A stretch of DNA of 61,910 nt, filler included, from Basidiobolus ranarum (Eukaryota): assembly GCA_040143965.1 (NCBI GenBank). It is 18 parts of 18 records of this genome, joined end to end, with 100 filler letters (N's around TTAATTAATTAA, not from the genome) between each part and the next. Parts side by side here need not be neighbours in the genome. Positions count along the whole stretch, not along the records: positions 1 to 3,361 come from JASJQH010009421.1; positions 3,462 to 6,819 come from JASJQH010009422.1; positions 6,920 to 10,276 come from JASJQH010009423.1; positions 10,377 to 13,732 come from JASJQH010009424.1; 14 more parts are not named here. One strand, given 5' to 3'. Every line of letters begins with the position of its first letter. Positions within the stretch are counted from its first letter, which is position 1. The notes beneath the pieces were generated by a model that saw only the letters and a program-made list of their open reading frames with translations, did no database searches and was not told the DNA's origin. Below are positions 1 to 12,209 of the stretch, one piece after another. The translations under genes and the position numbers were made by a program.

Positions 1-99
1 ACCTATACCGCTGAAGATGGCTTTATGAATGATTTCCATCTTGTACATATTGGCCAATATGCCAATTATGGTGTTGGTTTAATCATTGTAGATTTATAA
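1..99 (+). pseudogene. Old yellow enzyme / YqjM-type NADH:flavin oxidoreductase fragment (contig edge)
   Basis: Frame 1 reads TYTAEDGFMNDFHLVHIGQYANYGVGLIIV, resembling the YqjM N-terminal motif (YS..DG..TDFH..H.G..A.GG.GLIIVE). It is followed by a stop or a possible GT donor. No clear continuation was found. Confidence 0.5.
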
Positions 100-608
100 A
101 AGATTTCTGCAACCTGCTGTCCATATGGGCTGCTTTTTGCAAGTCTCTGCATCGCATTTATATCTGGAAATATTTTAGAGATTGTGGAAAGGAAAGATGG
201 CCGTTATGCAACTACGTTACGAAAAACCACATTGTACTGCCTTGACCGTTTCTTGGTTTATCTCCATTAATTGGGAAAAACAAGGTTTGTATGGACTGTT
301 GTCTTCTGATCTGATCCCTAAGTAAGTGAGCTAGTTTACCCTCTAAAAGGCTGTAGTCGTTGTCATGTTACCATACTGTTATGTTCAATCTTTTGACTCA
401 ATGGTGATAGGCAGCTTCTATAGAGCTTCAATCGTCACTCACATTAGGCAGTGGTATAAATTTAACTCAAATTAAGTTTATTTTGAAAAATTACATAAAA
501 TATATAAGTATTTACTCTCTAGAATGCCGATTATGTTATAAGAAAATTGGTAATCATAATGAAGCATAGCTCCTATTTGGTACGATTTGATGTGATAGCT
601 CACAACGA

Positions 609-3208
609 TCAAGCTTTCAGTTCATTCAAAACGGTCTTTACCAGTTTGGCATAATGTGGAGCTCGTGTCATAATGCGTACCAAATCCTCCTCATGGGCCA
701 AAATGGCATTTCGAGCACTCTGAGCATGAGTTAGGTTACGAAGCAGAAGGCTTGTAATCAAAGGGATACTGCTAGACTCAATATTATTACGAAGAATTCT
801 CCTTGCTGGAGTATGAATGGGGTTCGAAGGTTTGGGTGACTGAGCAGAAGACTTTGGTTTTGGAGTGCCGAGATGCGTTTTAACATGTGCAAGAACAATA
901 TTGCGACTAAGAGCTGCTTGATCGCAGAATCGAGTACAGTTCATCCAATGACACGATAATTCTTGCTCACCATTCAAATGTGATTCCCCGATATGATTAA
1001 GAAGATCACTTTCTGAAGCAAAGAGGTTATTACACTCGGCCCACCGACATGAAATTGTAGGCTGTTGAGTAATGGCGGAATCTCCGGCTGGGTTGGTGGA
1101 GATTGACTTCTGTTGAATACCCTTGATTGCAATTGTTTGAAGGCCACCCTGGGTGGCAATATAGGCGACTGCATCCGGAAAAACTGAAGTCAATGCCTGC
1201 ATGAACTCCATTATTTGAAGAAGTCCTGTAGTGTTATGCCCGAAGAAAGTTACGTAAGAGGTATACAATTGAATCTGGGGGACAGTAGCGTCGGGGTTAG
1301 GGGCGAAGGAGTACCTCAACCTTAGAAATGTTTGGTTTTAATTCAATAAGATAAAGAGAATATAATGCAAACATTACCATTCTATAGTACGCCTAGGTTC
1401 GTTTAAGTCATTGAAATTCGGAGTAAGGGCTACCGAGGTAACAGGCTCAGATAGTTGCTGATTATCCATTTTCGAATTTTGAGATGGATCATTCAATTGG
1501 GTTGAATAATTTCGTAACGATGCAGGCACCGCAGAATGAGAGTTTAAGTGTTCTGATGAGACATTCTTGTCTTTGAAAACCTCATTCTCCATATTCCAAG
1601 TAAGGCATTTTATCAATATATTAATGGATTTCTGGGGCATATGGCGCACCAATTCAAGAGAGGTTTTGCTACTAAGATTTGAATAGCAATATAGGTATTC
1701 TACAGCAGCCTCCACTAGTTCTTCATCTTTAATTAGCAGTAACTCAAACATCCGTTGTATCAGCTTATCATCTACAACCGATAAAACACTCTCATTGGAC
1801 TCATTAAGTGCAAAGCGTGTGAGTGAATGGACACTACCAAGGACCAACGCTCTATCACTAGTGTATACTAGATGCTTTAAAGGTTTGATGAATCGTGCAC
1901 TACGATTTCGAAGTGTAATATATGGACACAAATTTTCAAAAGCATCTAAGCAGAGATGTCGAAGCTCCATTTTTTTACCATCTGAAGGCAATTCAATACC
2001 TCGCAATAATATCTCCAAATAAAAATCATGAGACGCCAAAGTTTGTGCATTATTGCCGAGAAATGATAAATTACGAGTAACATGGACTATTTGCAACGCT
2101 CTTTCCATGCACACCGTGTCTGTATCAAGATTGAAAAGGCTGTCAAATCTTCCATGATCAGGACCCAAACTATCGAGATCAAAGTAATAGAGAATGGCAT
2201 CCAACAAACCGGGAATACTGTCAATTTGAAATGTGTCGTCACATTTATAAGAGAGAACAATAAGATTGTTGAAAGCCCAATCCACTTCATTAGGCAGTGA
2301 GGATTTCAATGCTAAAAGGATTCGGTTTTGTGGTCCAGGCTCAGTATGTATTTCTATGTACCAATGATACGTTTTAATACTAGAGTAGATTTAAGATTTG
2401 TGAAAAAGGAAGAACCTTCGTTAGAATATGCGGCTGCTGGAGTATAATGTGGTGTTTGGCCTGCACCATGCAAAGACTCTAAAGAGTTTGGATGGTACGG
2501 GTAGGTACGAGTATTAGGTTCGTATCTTTGTCTTTTGGGCTCTGGTATAAACTGAGAAGCTATAGAGAGTATTAACATACTATTTATCAATATTTAGTAA
2601 TACGTCATCTCATACCAGAGTTATAAACATTCTTTGATGGAGCGGGACTGGATGGAGTTCTTTCCCGTGGTGTATGGGCTTTAGGAGTGGCTTGTGTGCT
2701 AGTAGCCGGCTGCCCCCAGTATATTTCTTTCTCGTACGGTTCTAGATACTTTGTATATACCGATTTCATCATATACGCACTATTGGTGCAAGTAGGCGGG
2801 AGATTCAAGGGTATCGTCAAGTTTCTCCATCCTTTCTCGGAAGTTACCTAAGCTCACATATACATGTCAACAATTTGATTTCAAACTAAAATTATGCATA
2901 AATCTAACTGGCACGAATAAAACGAGATTTTCAAGTGTTGTTAGTTAGTACCTTATCATAGCCTCCGCGTGCAAGCACGGATTTATATATCTCACATAAA
3001 TCCAACTTTCGAGAGCCGAGTACGGGCTCCTTTTGTAATAACGTTCTGAATCATCAGGTGAGATTGGTACAAGTTAACATGAAGTCACGATCAAAAATTA
3101 TGAATTAAATTTAGTGTACCCTCTTTGTTTGTGGAACTTTTCGAGCTTTGATATAAATTCTTCATATTCTGGTGTTCTGTTGATTGTGTCAATTAGATTT
3201 ACCCTCAT
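609..3208 (-). CDS. RSC9: RSC/PBAF chromatin-remodelling subunit Rsc9 (ARID2-like), 6 exons
   Basis: ATG at 3208. Spliced exons give an ARID domain (EFISKLEKFHKQRG-TLLQKEPVLGSRKLDLCEIYKSVLARGGYDK-VTSEKGW...YTKYLEPYE), then LKSSLPNEVDWAFN, ARM-like repeats and C-terminal CRWAEC/CHWMNC zinc fingers. Introns are GT-AG. Confidence 0.9.
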
Positions 3209-3361
3209 CCTCTTGAGTATTCTGCGCACCTTTTCCTTTAGGAAGAATTTCACACGAAAACTTAATAAATCTCAAGACCGAATATAACAATGCAATCAAC
3301 AGAGATGAATTGACCAAGTGATTAATAACTAAAAATCCAGCAAAACTCTCGCGACTAAGTG

Positions 3362-3461
3362 NNNNNNNNNNNNNNNNNNNNNNNNNNNNNNNNNNNNNNN
3401 NNNNNTTAATTAATTAANNNNNNNNNNNNNNNNNNNNNNNNNNNNNNNNNNNNNNNNNNNN
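3362..3461. other. Artificial contig linker (N-run + TTAATTAATTAA + N-run), first of 17
   Basis: The same 100-bp spacer with stops in all six frames recurs about every 3.45 kb. Flanking contigs decrease from 3361 to 3329 bp. Confidence 0.98.
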
Positions 3462-5332
3462 ATTAAACTAGTCATTCCTAATGTTGTAAATAGAATTATT
3501 AATGTATATGATGATCAAACGACCAGATCCAACTGTTAGGTTAGGGTTAGGGTAAAGTGATGGAGTGCTGGTTAAGCACATGCGACATGAACTCTGCACA
3601 AATCTGAGATGGTTTGGCTGGTCATCTCTTATGTGCTTACTTTGAGGATAAATAGGGCAAAATATCCCGCATATTAGGCAATTGATCCTCAAAAGAATGG
3701 TCTGAGAGACTATTGAATTCGACGACAATGAACTACCACTTCATCATTAAGGATGAACGATCAACCACCTGCCTAGGTCTACTTGAGGAAGTAGCCGTAT
3801 CATCAATATTAATCGTCGAATTCCAAGAAAATTTATGTCCAACTGCAGTAGGATGGTGATGCACCAGCTGGCTTTTCTTAGCGCTCCATGCCCCGCCCAT
3901 CTGTAGATGTAAGACAAATAGGCCAAGTCAAAACAGAGAGGGTATTGTTTGGATGAGCTATCTCACCCGGCTCTCGTCGTATGAGATGCAATTTAGAACT
4001 CTGATCACAGGTTCAAAATCCAAATGAATGAGCGTGATATTCACATGGGAGTTAATGTGATTGCAGCAGATAATCATGCCTGTTTCACTAAGATTGAAGA
4101 ATCTTCAGTCCCATATGACGCATTAGCTACAAACTCGTCAAGTACCTGAGCAACAGTAGCATTAGCAACTTCACACACTGAAATCGTTGGATCAGACATG
4201 TGGTTGGTAGTTGTGTGATGAAAAGGTTGAGCAACGAGAGAACTTGTTTCTGCTTAGATTTGCTGTTCCGGAATCTCCATCTTAACATGCTTGCAGCATG
4301 TGATGACCAGCTAACTTTCTCCCGCTAATTTACCACTATACTGCGTGGGCTAGTGCTTGTGTATGTATTAGGGTTAGATACATCCAGTGCTTCTGCCAAA
4401 TCCTTGCCTACAAAGTTCCGCATATTTCTTGGGAATGCACCTTGCTTGATGGGACAACGATCTGCAAAGCTTGGAATATCCATATTTCTCCATATTGCTC
4501 TGGTTCCTGGAAAATCTATTCTGAAATGGATTTCTGAGTGAAACCATTCGGAGTTAGGAGCGAAACTAACTCGAATAATTTAGGATGTTCCAGATGTTTC
4601 CTCTTCAAGCTAAATCATCAACATGTCATCTGATCTATTCAGGGTTCCATGCTTGCCAGAATGACTTTGTATCCTGAGTGCGCAGTTTAGCATGGCTCAT
4701 GACCCCTACTAATTTCATTTGATTTCACAAACTAATTGGCTCATGGCGACTAGCAGCGTCACCAAGTGTGGGGCCTGGCAGATCTTGTTTCTGTTGGCGG
4801 TGGTACTCAATATCGTGGATCGACAATATCCCATTTGGTACAATACCACTATTTTGATTGTTGACAGAGACCACAGGTTGTAGAGTAACCAAGGTTGTTA
4901 AATGCGCTTTACCTCTGTAGTTACACGTAATATCCTCCTTCGATCACTGATAATGTTTTGTCAGTTGGGTCAGAAGTGAGAAACTTGTGCCACCTGAGAA
5001 TAGGACGCTCTATGAAGCGAATCTACCAATCATCATCGCTAATATATAAATATCCTTTTTCATTTGGGCAATTGGGGGTCATTAGGTGAAACGAAAACGT
5101 ATATAATATAATATAATATATTACCATTGACAATACAGTTTGTGCACATCTCGGGCTCAGCTGAGGACCTCAATTTTTTGGTTTAAAGCAGGCATTCTTC
5201 CAAATTTGCACGGTGATTATTCTCATTCAACTAGTTCAAAGGTTTCCTTTTCATTCATCTCTGCACAGACTAATCCACCCACGATCCCTTGACTTCCGAT
5301 TTTTCGTCTACCCACCTCCCTTGCTGAGTCCA

Positions 5333-6584
5333 ATGCTATCCCCGATAGAGCAGTTCGAAGATATGTCCGACACGTCCAAATACGGCTACCATGATTTTTC
5401 GAGTGAAGGTATGGAATGATTTATGAATTTCTGGCTTTATAGACAGTATTAATTAACATACCTTTTATAAAGACTCTCCGGCTAGCCCTGAAGAACACTG
5501 CTCATCCCCTCCTGCCGACCAACCGCCTCAAAAAAAGAAACCTGGAAGGAAGCCCAATCCTGCTTCCCCGGCGTTACGAAAAGCTCAAAATCGTGCAGCA
5601 CAACGAGCTTTTCGTGAACGCAAAGAAAGACATCTAAAAGAGTTAGAAGTCTGTGTCAAGGAACTACGCGATAATCAGCATAAAGCCCATAGTGAGCTTG
5701 AAAGAGAAAATCAGAAGTTACGCTACTTGATTCAAATACTCAAGAATGATAATGTACATCTACGAAGCATAGTATCGAGTTTCAATTCTTCTATGGCGGA
5801 GAAACCGTTGAGTGGAGTAATGCAACCCGCCAATAAGAGCTTGAGTAGCCCGATGTTTACGCCTTCTTCAAACGTGTCCAATATCAACAGTGCATTAGTT
5901 ACCCCAATTCCCCTATCTAGGAGTTGTCTGACTGCCTCTTACCAACGAGACCCTTTATCATATTCATCGTTCTCTAATGAAGCTGATATAGACTCTGGAT
6001 TTTATGAGAGTACGTACCTCTCGGGAATGGAATATTCCACACCGTGTACAAGCATGGAATCTGAGTCGTGTGTACTTGAAAATAATGAAAAGATGTACTA
6101 CGCAGCGAGCGAAAAGCCAGTGAGTACTGACGTAGAGGATAACCTTCAGCAGGCCATTTTGGAAGGCAGCTTTCTAACTGTATTTCCGGATGGAGTTACT
6201 CTCACAATTCCTCCGCCTGATTTCGGTCACATTAATGGTGGAGTTGCTATGAATCTAATACCAGAGATTCGTGAGCCCAAATATATGTTTAAAGAGTATG
6301 ACTCTCGTATAGATCGAGTCCCTAGTGAGAAATTGAAAGAGCTGATGATAGAACAACAAGGCAACTACGATTTGGATGAATTGTGGGAGCTCTTCACAAC
6401 GAAGGCTGTATGTCATGGTGATCCTCGAGACCCCTCTGCTTGGGAACTACCAGATGAGTTCTATTCTCGGTTCCCAATGTTGGTAGATCCTGCGTTGAAA
6501 ACAAGAGAGAGAATGCGCACAGCATGGTGGCGACTAAATGGTCGTATTAAGATGGGGGATAAAGTTCGCAGCTATAGTTTCTAA
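5333..6584 (+). CDS. Yap/AP-1-family bZIP transcription factor, 2 exons
   Basis: ATG at 5333, intron about 5409-5472. Basic region KKKPGRKP...RKAQNRAAQRAFRERKERHLKELE. C-terminus DLDELWELFTTKAVCHGDPRDPSAWELPDEF resembles PAP1-C/DUF3425. Confidence 0.88.
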
Positions 6585-6937
6585 TGCGTTAAGGCACTAC
6601 TCAACAGCCAAGTTGAATTATTCTTGCAAGTAATTTCCAATTACTTGCATTCTCTACTCTAGATCGGTTTTACATCCATACTTTGTAGCCACCTCTCACC
6701 CATTTCATTCGCATTCCCATTGACCAGCAGTTGTACAGCATCCAGTATTCTTTGTATATTCTTACCTTACCATGCCATTATCTTTATCTCTTTTAATAGC
6801 AGGATATGTTATGCCAATANNNNNNNNNNNNNNNNNNNNNNNNNNNNNNNNNNNNNNNNNNNNTTAATTAATTAANNNNNNNNNNNNNNNNNNNNNNNNN
6901 NNNNNNNNNNNNNNNNNNNACAGAGAGTGCAAACTGG

Positions 6938-7297
6938 GGGCTCATAACCTGTTAAAGTATTTGGGGGCCTGTTGAGAGTGGTTTGGAGAATTAGAGGAAT
7001 TGGTGGTTTTCACTTATTGATTTAATGAGTAGAAAGTTGACATTTATAGTTTTGTCAAGATGTAAACAAACTAATGTGTAGAATGTGTTAAGGAAGGTCC
7101 CAGGAACATGTGTGCAAAGTTTGGGGATTCTAGCATAAGTTTGAAGAATCTATATATCTGAGAACTTCTAAGTTGATGTCAATATTTTAAGTAAATTCCT
7201 CATGAGAATAATGGATAATATCTTAGCAAAATATAAGATAACTAAGTACTAAGCTATATATGACTATACAGGTGTTTAGGCAATGCTAATTTCAACG
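6938..7297 (-). mobile_element. Ty1/copia 5' LTR (family A, 6950-7297) with primer-binding site (6938-6949)
   Basis: Reverse complement of the LTRs at 60055 and 60852. The LTR end ...ACTTTAACA is followed directly by GGTTATGAGCCC, a copia-type half-tRNAiMet PBS. Confidence 0.85.
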
Positions 7298-7673
7298 GAG
7301 AGGAGAGGAAAGGAAAGGAGAGGGGGAGGAGAACAACAGTGCTAATTAATCAACATTAAAAAGGGAAACTATTTCGAGGAGATCTTATGGAAGGGATTTA
7401 TTTGGAATGAAATGAAGTTCAATGGCAGGTGCAGTGGGGACTATAAACATAAATGATGTGGATTAAAGAAGTGGAATATGAATACACTTGAATTAGGATA
7501 CAAACATTATGACTAATGCAAAACTGTAAATCAACCCTCTCCACCTCGAAGATAAATTAGATTACCGTGTATTATATGGCTACATGAAAATATTCAATCC
7601 ACTGGAAAATCCCATTCTCCTCCCCTAATAACTAGATCAAAATGCATAGAATAGACTTGGTATAACTTGGCTC

Positions 7674-8786
7674 TTACTCGAGTATTTCAATCTCCAACTA
7701 AATCAATTCATGTTAAGGATAAATTACCTTCACATAGCTTTCAATCGACATCTAGTACCTAGTAAAAAGGATACAAATAGGAAGGCTGTTCTTCGGGGGT
7801 CTCTTAGATGCAATCCTGCTGGTAAGTATAAATTCGAGTTCTCTGAATCAACCGTATCATGAAGTCTGTTTATACACTAGATGGATGGTTAATATTAGCT
7901 GATACATAAAAGATTAATAGAAAGATGTACTACCTTTTGATAAAAAGTTCCAAAGCAAAGTGGAGAAGTATATAAAGTTAGACACGAAATAAAGTTATCA
8001 ACGGAGTTTCGTAACCAAGAACTCTCAGCTGTATAAAGTATATCATTGATTTTAACAATGGATTTTCTAAATGATTCGGGAGATATCTGAATATTCAGTA
8101 AAGTGTGCAGTTTAGTATTGAAAAAACGAAACCATTCCAACTCTAAAAATAGAGCTTACCTTGCCATTCAGTTCAGTTGGATATATGAGAGAAAATTGGC
8201 AGAGCTCTCCTTTCGAATAATCTCTCTCTATTCTAATGATCCCCTGACTGCTAGTGGGAAGTGGTTCTGGAGCAGAAGGTTCCAAAGAATCAACATGGTC
8301 CTCATCCGAAAGCCCCGAGTTCTCACCCAGAGCATAACTTAACCTTGAAAAAACTGTAGCCGTAAAATCAGTAGATATACGCCTCAGATTTAATCTAGGT
8401 GGGGAATTCTCTTTTGTATTATTCCCATCTGAAGTTTGAGCGGGGATTTGTTCAGGTTGTCGCTTCTCCGATAATTTTAAGAAAGAAGAGTCCGAATTTG
8501 AAGAAGACTGCAGGGCTACTTTTTCTACGCTTGAAATGGTTGGATCTGTCTGTGCAAACTGTGCTGATATACTGCTTGTTACTGGCGATATAGGCTGAAT
8601 TAAGTTAGAAACCTGACTCCGAGGGCGTTGGGGAGTGGGGGTTGATAAGGTGTAAGAAGAGGAAGTGGAAGTGGTAGGAGAAACTGAATAGTATGAAGAA
8701 GGAGAGTGTGAAAGTAGGTAATTAGTTGTAGAAGCACTTGAGGATAGTTGGTTGCGTTTAGAGTTAGTCGGTGGATGAAGATTCAT
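7674..8786 (-). CDS. ERF4: Ras palmitoyltransferase accessory subunit ERF4 / golgin A7 family, 4 exons
   Basis: Ser-rich N-terminus, then IIRIERDYSKGELCQFSLIYPTELNGK|ISPESF...INDIL...DNFISCLTLY|...ENSNLYLPAGLHLRDPRRTAFLF|LEIEILE*. Introns at 8087-8159, 7877-7933 and 7698-7774. Confidence 0.88.
7698..7774 (-). other. U12-type (minor spliceosome) GT-AG intron in ERF4
   Basis: 5' splice site GTATCCTTTT. Branch site TCCTTAAC (7719-7712) lies 14 nt upstream of the intron 3' end, with no polypyrimidine tract. Confidence 0.9.
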
Positions 8787-9931
8787 CTCAGTATTTAGTT
8801 TATTGGAAGTGAATATTATGTTAAATGCTGCGTAAGTTGACTAGTTCGTAACTTTATGTTTGGTCTACAAGAAAATAGTGTTGTTCAGTTTGGGAAGAAA
8901 AGGAGAATAGTTTGTACTCACTCACACAAGGCAACAGTCGCGATTAATTCTGAAATCAAGTTTTCACATAGCTACTGCTTGATATAAATAACGTACTATG
9001 TAAGTGTATGCAAATAACTAATAATTAAGAATTTTATAATAGCCATCTCATGAAATGCTGAGGTATTCTTGAATCTTGAATTATCGGAAATTGATCAGTA
9101 ATTCTTGAAATCAAATACTCGGAGTTATGTGAGAAATCAAGTTTCACTGCATCCATATTGTGATCCACACTGTTGGCAATAATCTGCATTATTTGTGGAT
9201 GGCATCTACTGACAACACATCAGTTGAGGCTAATTGCATTCTACTTGCGCTTCGCAAATATGATTCTGGAGGTGCGCTATGGTTTACTCTAGTCGATAAC
9301 TTTGTCCACACGCTGTATTGTTATTTTAGCGCTACTGTGCCTATTGAAGGATGGTTAGCACTCAATGTCTTGGGATCTGAAGGCTTATACTGACCGAATG
9401 CCAGGGGTAGATATGTAGCCTCACTGGTGAGAGACCGGTGGTCATAGAACCGGTTCCATAGTCAACTGCGCAGACCTTACCTGCCCATTTAACAGTCTAT
9501 AATCAGAGTGATCGCTCACATTGGATCAGACCGCCAACAACAAGGTTCCAGCTTGGTCAGTACTAATGCATAATATACGGGCTTAGCACCAAGTATCTGG
9601 TCATTTTTTGGGATTGAATAGGAATTGGTGGCTAAAATGTTGAGTAATTCTAGATTTGGGAAATATCTCATCAAGTTCACTATCGAAATACTTACGATAG
9701 GACATATAGGTTGGGCTAAGTTTTAAGCCTTGAGAGTCTCCTGTAAACCCTTTTTCAAGGCTCTTCTTTCCCGCTCCCCTCCTTTAAATCTTCACAGAGG
9801 TTACCCATTGCCCTAGCTACTCTTTCGCTCACCTACTCTATTTTATGTTACATATTCAACTAGCTACTTTATTTCAATAAGTGGAATTACTGATAAAACT
9901 TAAGAAGCAAGTAGTTTCAAGTGAGAGTAAA

Positions 9932-10276
9932 ATGCTTTCTAACAGTGAAACCAGCTTCTCTGAAACGTATGAACATGCGCTTAGATTTGCTTTGTTACAA
10001 CAAAACATCGCTAGAGAAGTTTATAAAGCTGGACAAGAGACTTATAAAGAAAAATTTCAAACCACCGAGACCCCTCTCTCTGCTACTTTCTTCAATAATC
10101 TATGTGGAGTATTGGAAAGAGGGACAAATGCACCCCTAACCCCTAATGCCCACCCCTTGGAGCCTAGTCAAGTAGCTGCTCGATGTTATGGAAACCTAGC
10201 TAGAGCTCTTCGCACTCAAGCATCAGCAGAACATATCACCCTTGAAAAACATGTTCAACTATATGTGGATTATGTT
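9932..10276 (+). CDS. 5' part of an unassigned protein, possibly a fungal Munc13-homology (MUN/C2) protein; truncated by contig end
   Basis: Open frame from ATG 9932 to the contig end. YEHALRFALL resembles the N-terminal Y.YALR.A.L motif of that family; the assignment is weak. Confidence 0.4.
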
Positions 10277-10590
10277 NNNNNNNNNNNNNNNNNNNNNNNN
10301 NNNNNNNNNNNNNNNNNNNNTTAATTAATTAANNNNNNNNNNNNNNNNNNNNNNNNNNNNNNNNNNNNNNNNNNNNTTTGTCCAGTAGTTCTGGAGATAT
10401 TTGCATTTCTTTGCTTGTTTCGGTGATTGTGAGACGTGTAGGAAAGGTGTAGATATGAAACTGGGTGCCTGGGAAGGTTTGCTTATGCGCGTTATGTGTA
10501 CGAAATATTGTGTTGATTGAGACATTATGTTGTCTCCAAAATTGCCATCGCTTTTGTCTGATAATCCAATTTCGTAACACTTGTGCACAA

Positions 10591-10663
10591 GGCCCTGTAG
10601 CTCAGTGGATAGAGCGTCCGCCTCCTAAGCGGAAGGTCCCGGGTTCGACCCCCGGTTGGGTTG
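10591..10663 (+). tRNA. tRNA-Arg(CCT)
   Basis: Cloverleaf: D arm GCTC/GAGC, anticodon stem TCCGC/GCGGA with loop CT-CCT-AA, T arm CCGGG-TTCGACC-CCCGG. The acceptor stem is weak (three G-U pairs, one U-U). Confidence 0.85.
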
Positions 10664-12136
10664 TCTTTCTTCATGATGCAGTTCTCTCGATAAATAGGTA
10701 ATTCCAGTGTTGAAAGAAGTCCTTCGCCATAGTGGGAAGGTTATAATCAAATTTGATTGTCATTCGTATTTACATTTGCTCAATTTGGTAGATACAAGTC
10801 AAGCAATAAACGCAGAACCCTGGCTGCTGATGATTTGGCGGTGATAATTAAGGAAAATATGCAGCATGGAAGGCGGTCAAAAACTGTTCACTTGTTATAG
10901 TAAATTTTCGTAAAATAAAAGGTAATCACGAATATATATTTCAATGAATCAAGTATTATCAATTACATAAGTTTTATTTACTACAGTATCTGTTGGAACT
11001 GACTGTTACATAGGTATGGAGCTATTAAGGTAATAAGAGTGCCACAACTAGAGTCCTGAAAAGGCTCTATTTGTTTGTAGTAATATTAAATAAACCCTAT
11101 ATGTAACTTTCTTACACCAACTCTGATCCCACAATTCCCCTTTCAAATCAGAATCTGGTATAATTACCCATGTATTATCAAGAGAAACTTTAGAATCATG
11201 CTTCGTGACAATCTTATCGGTACTACGGATGGATTGAATTCAATTCTTTCAGAACTTCCTATGGTACAATCATTGTTCTAGCTAAAGTAACCCTGCTGCA
11301 TCCACACCGACATTACAACATTGTTGATCTCACTGTAAGTTGGTACTAATTGCAGAATACATTTTTCTCATCAATCTTAAATTCTACTCAATGTATCGTC
11401 TCCATTCTGATATCGAGGTAGGTTGTACAATGTTGGCTTCTACCTTATTACACCTATCTATATGGATGATTTGTGGGATAATGGAGAATTTGTAGATCTC
11501 AAGTTCCTTTTCCATTCATCAAAAAAAGTATAAATACAGCAACTCTGGATATGAATATCCTCACGACTGTACTTTACAGGATTATGTATATACATTCCCA
11601 GTCTTTGTTTCCATCTCAGTTGATGATCTTGCCGGTCGATTATTCCAACGACCAGGCGAGGATGGCCTGCACATTCTGGCAGCTTACTACTATATTTCAA
11701 AACCTAATTAGTTTTTACTCTCGCATATTGAACTATCTCGGTGCTGGTGAGATGAGCAAGTGATCTAAGGCACTGCGTTCAGGTCACAGTTTCTTCGGAG
11801 GCTATTGTGCCAATATACATAAAGGTCATCCTATAAGCCGTATAGCTGTCGTTGTAAGTTAGATTTGACAGGAAATTTCAAGATATGCTAACCAAATGTT
11901 TGAAGACAAAACCGGAAAATGACCCTACTTAATTTTTCAGCTACATTCCATCAATATGTTAGGTCCACAAGAGTTTGCTTTAAGTGGACTTGAGAGTATT
12001 AGCTATTAGAAAATGGGTTTGAGAATAACACTATTTGATAGAGATATTACTGTAAAGATGAATATTTTAAGGTCGAAACTGTTTACCGTGTCTCTATATG
12101 GTAGAGAAGACCTTCCTTCCCAATTATAAACGGATT

Positions 12137-12209
12137 GGCCCTGTAGCTCAGTGGAAAGAGTGTCTCCCTCCGGAGGAGAAAGTCGTGGGCTCGACCCCCA
12201 CTCGGGTCG
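12137..12209 (+). tRNA. tRNA-Arg(CCG)
   Basis: Anticodon stem TCTCC/GGAGA with loop CT-CCG-GA, T arm GTGGG-CTCGACC-CCCAC. Followed by a T8 Pol III terminator. Confidence 0.85.

Noticed and set aside
3536-3552. TTAGGTTAGGGTTAGGG telomere-like run (similar at about 21900)
   Set aside because: Only 2-3 units and internal; too short to call.
3720-4199. Possible small spliced gene on the minus strand
   Set aside because: I could not build a consistent in-frame model or recognise a family.
9178-9704. Splice-site-rich minus-strand segment upstream of ERF4
   Set aside because: The exon combinations I tried hit stop codons, and no homology was recognised.
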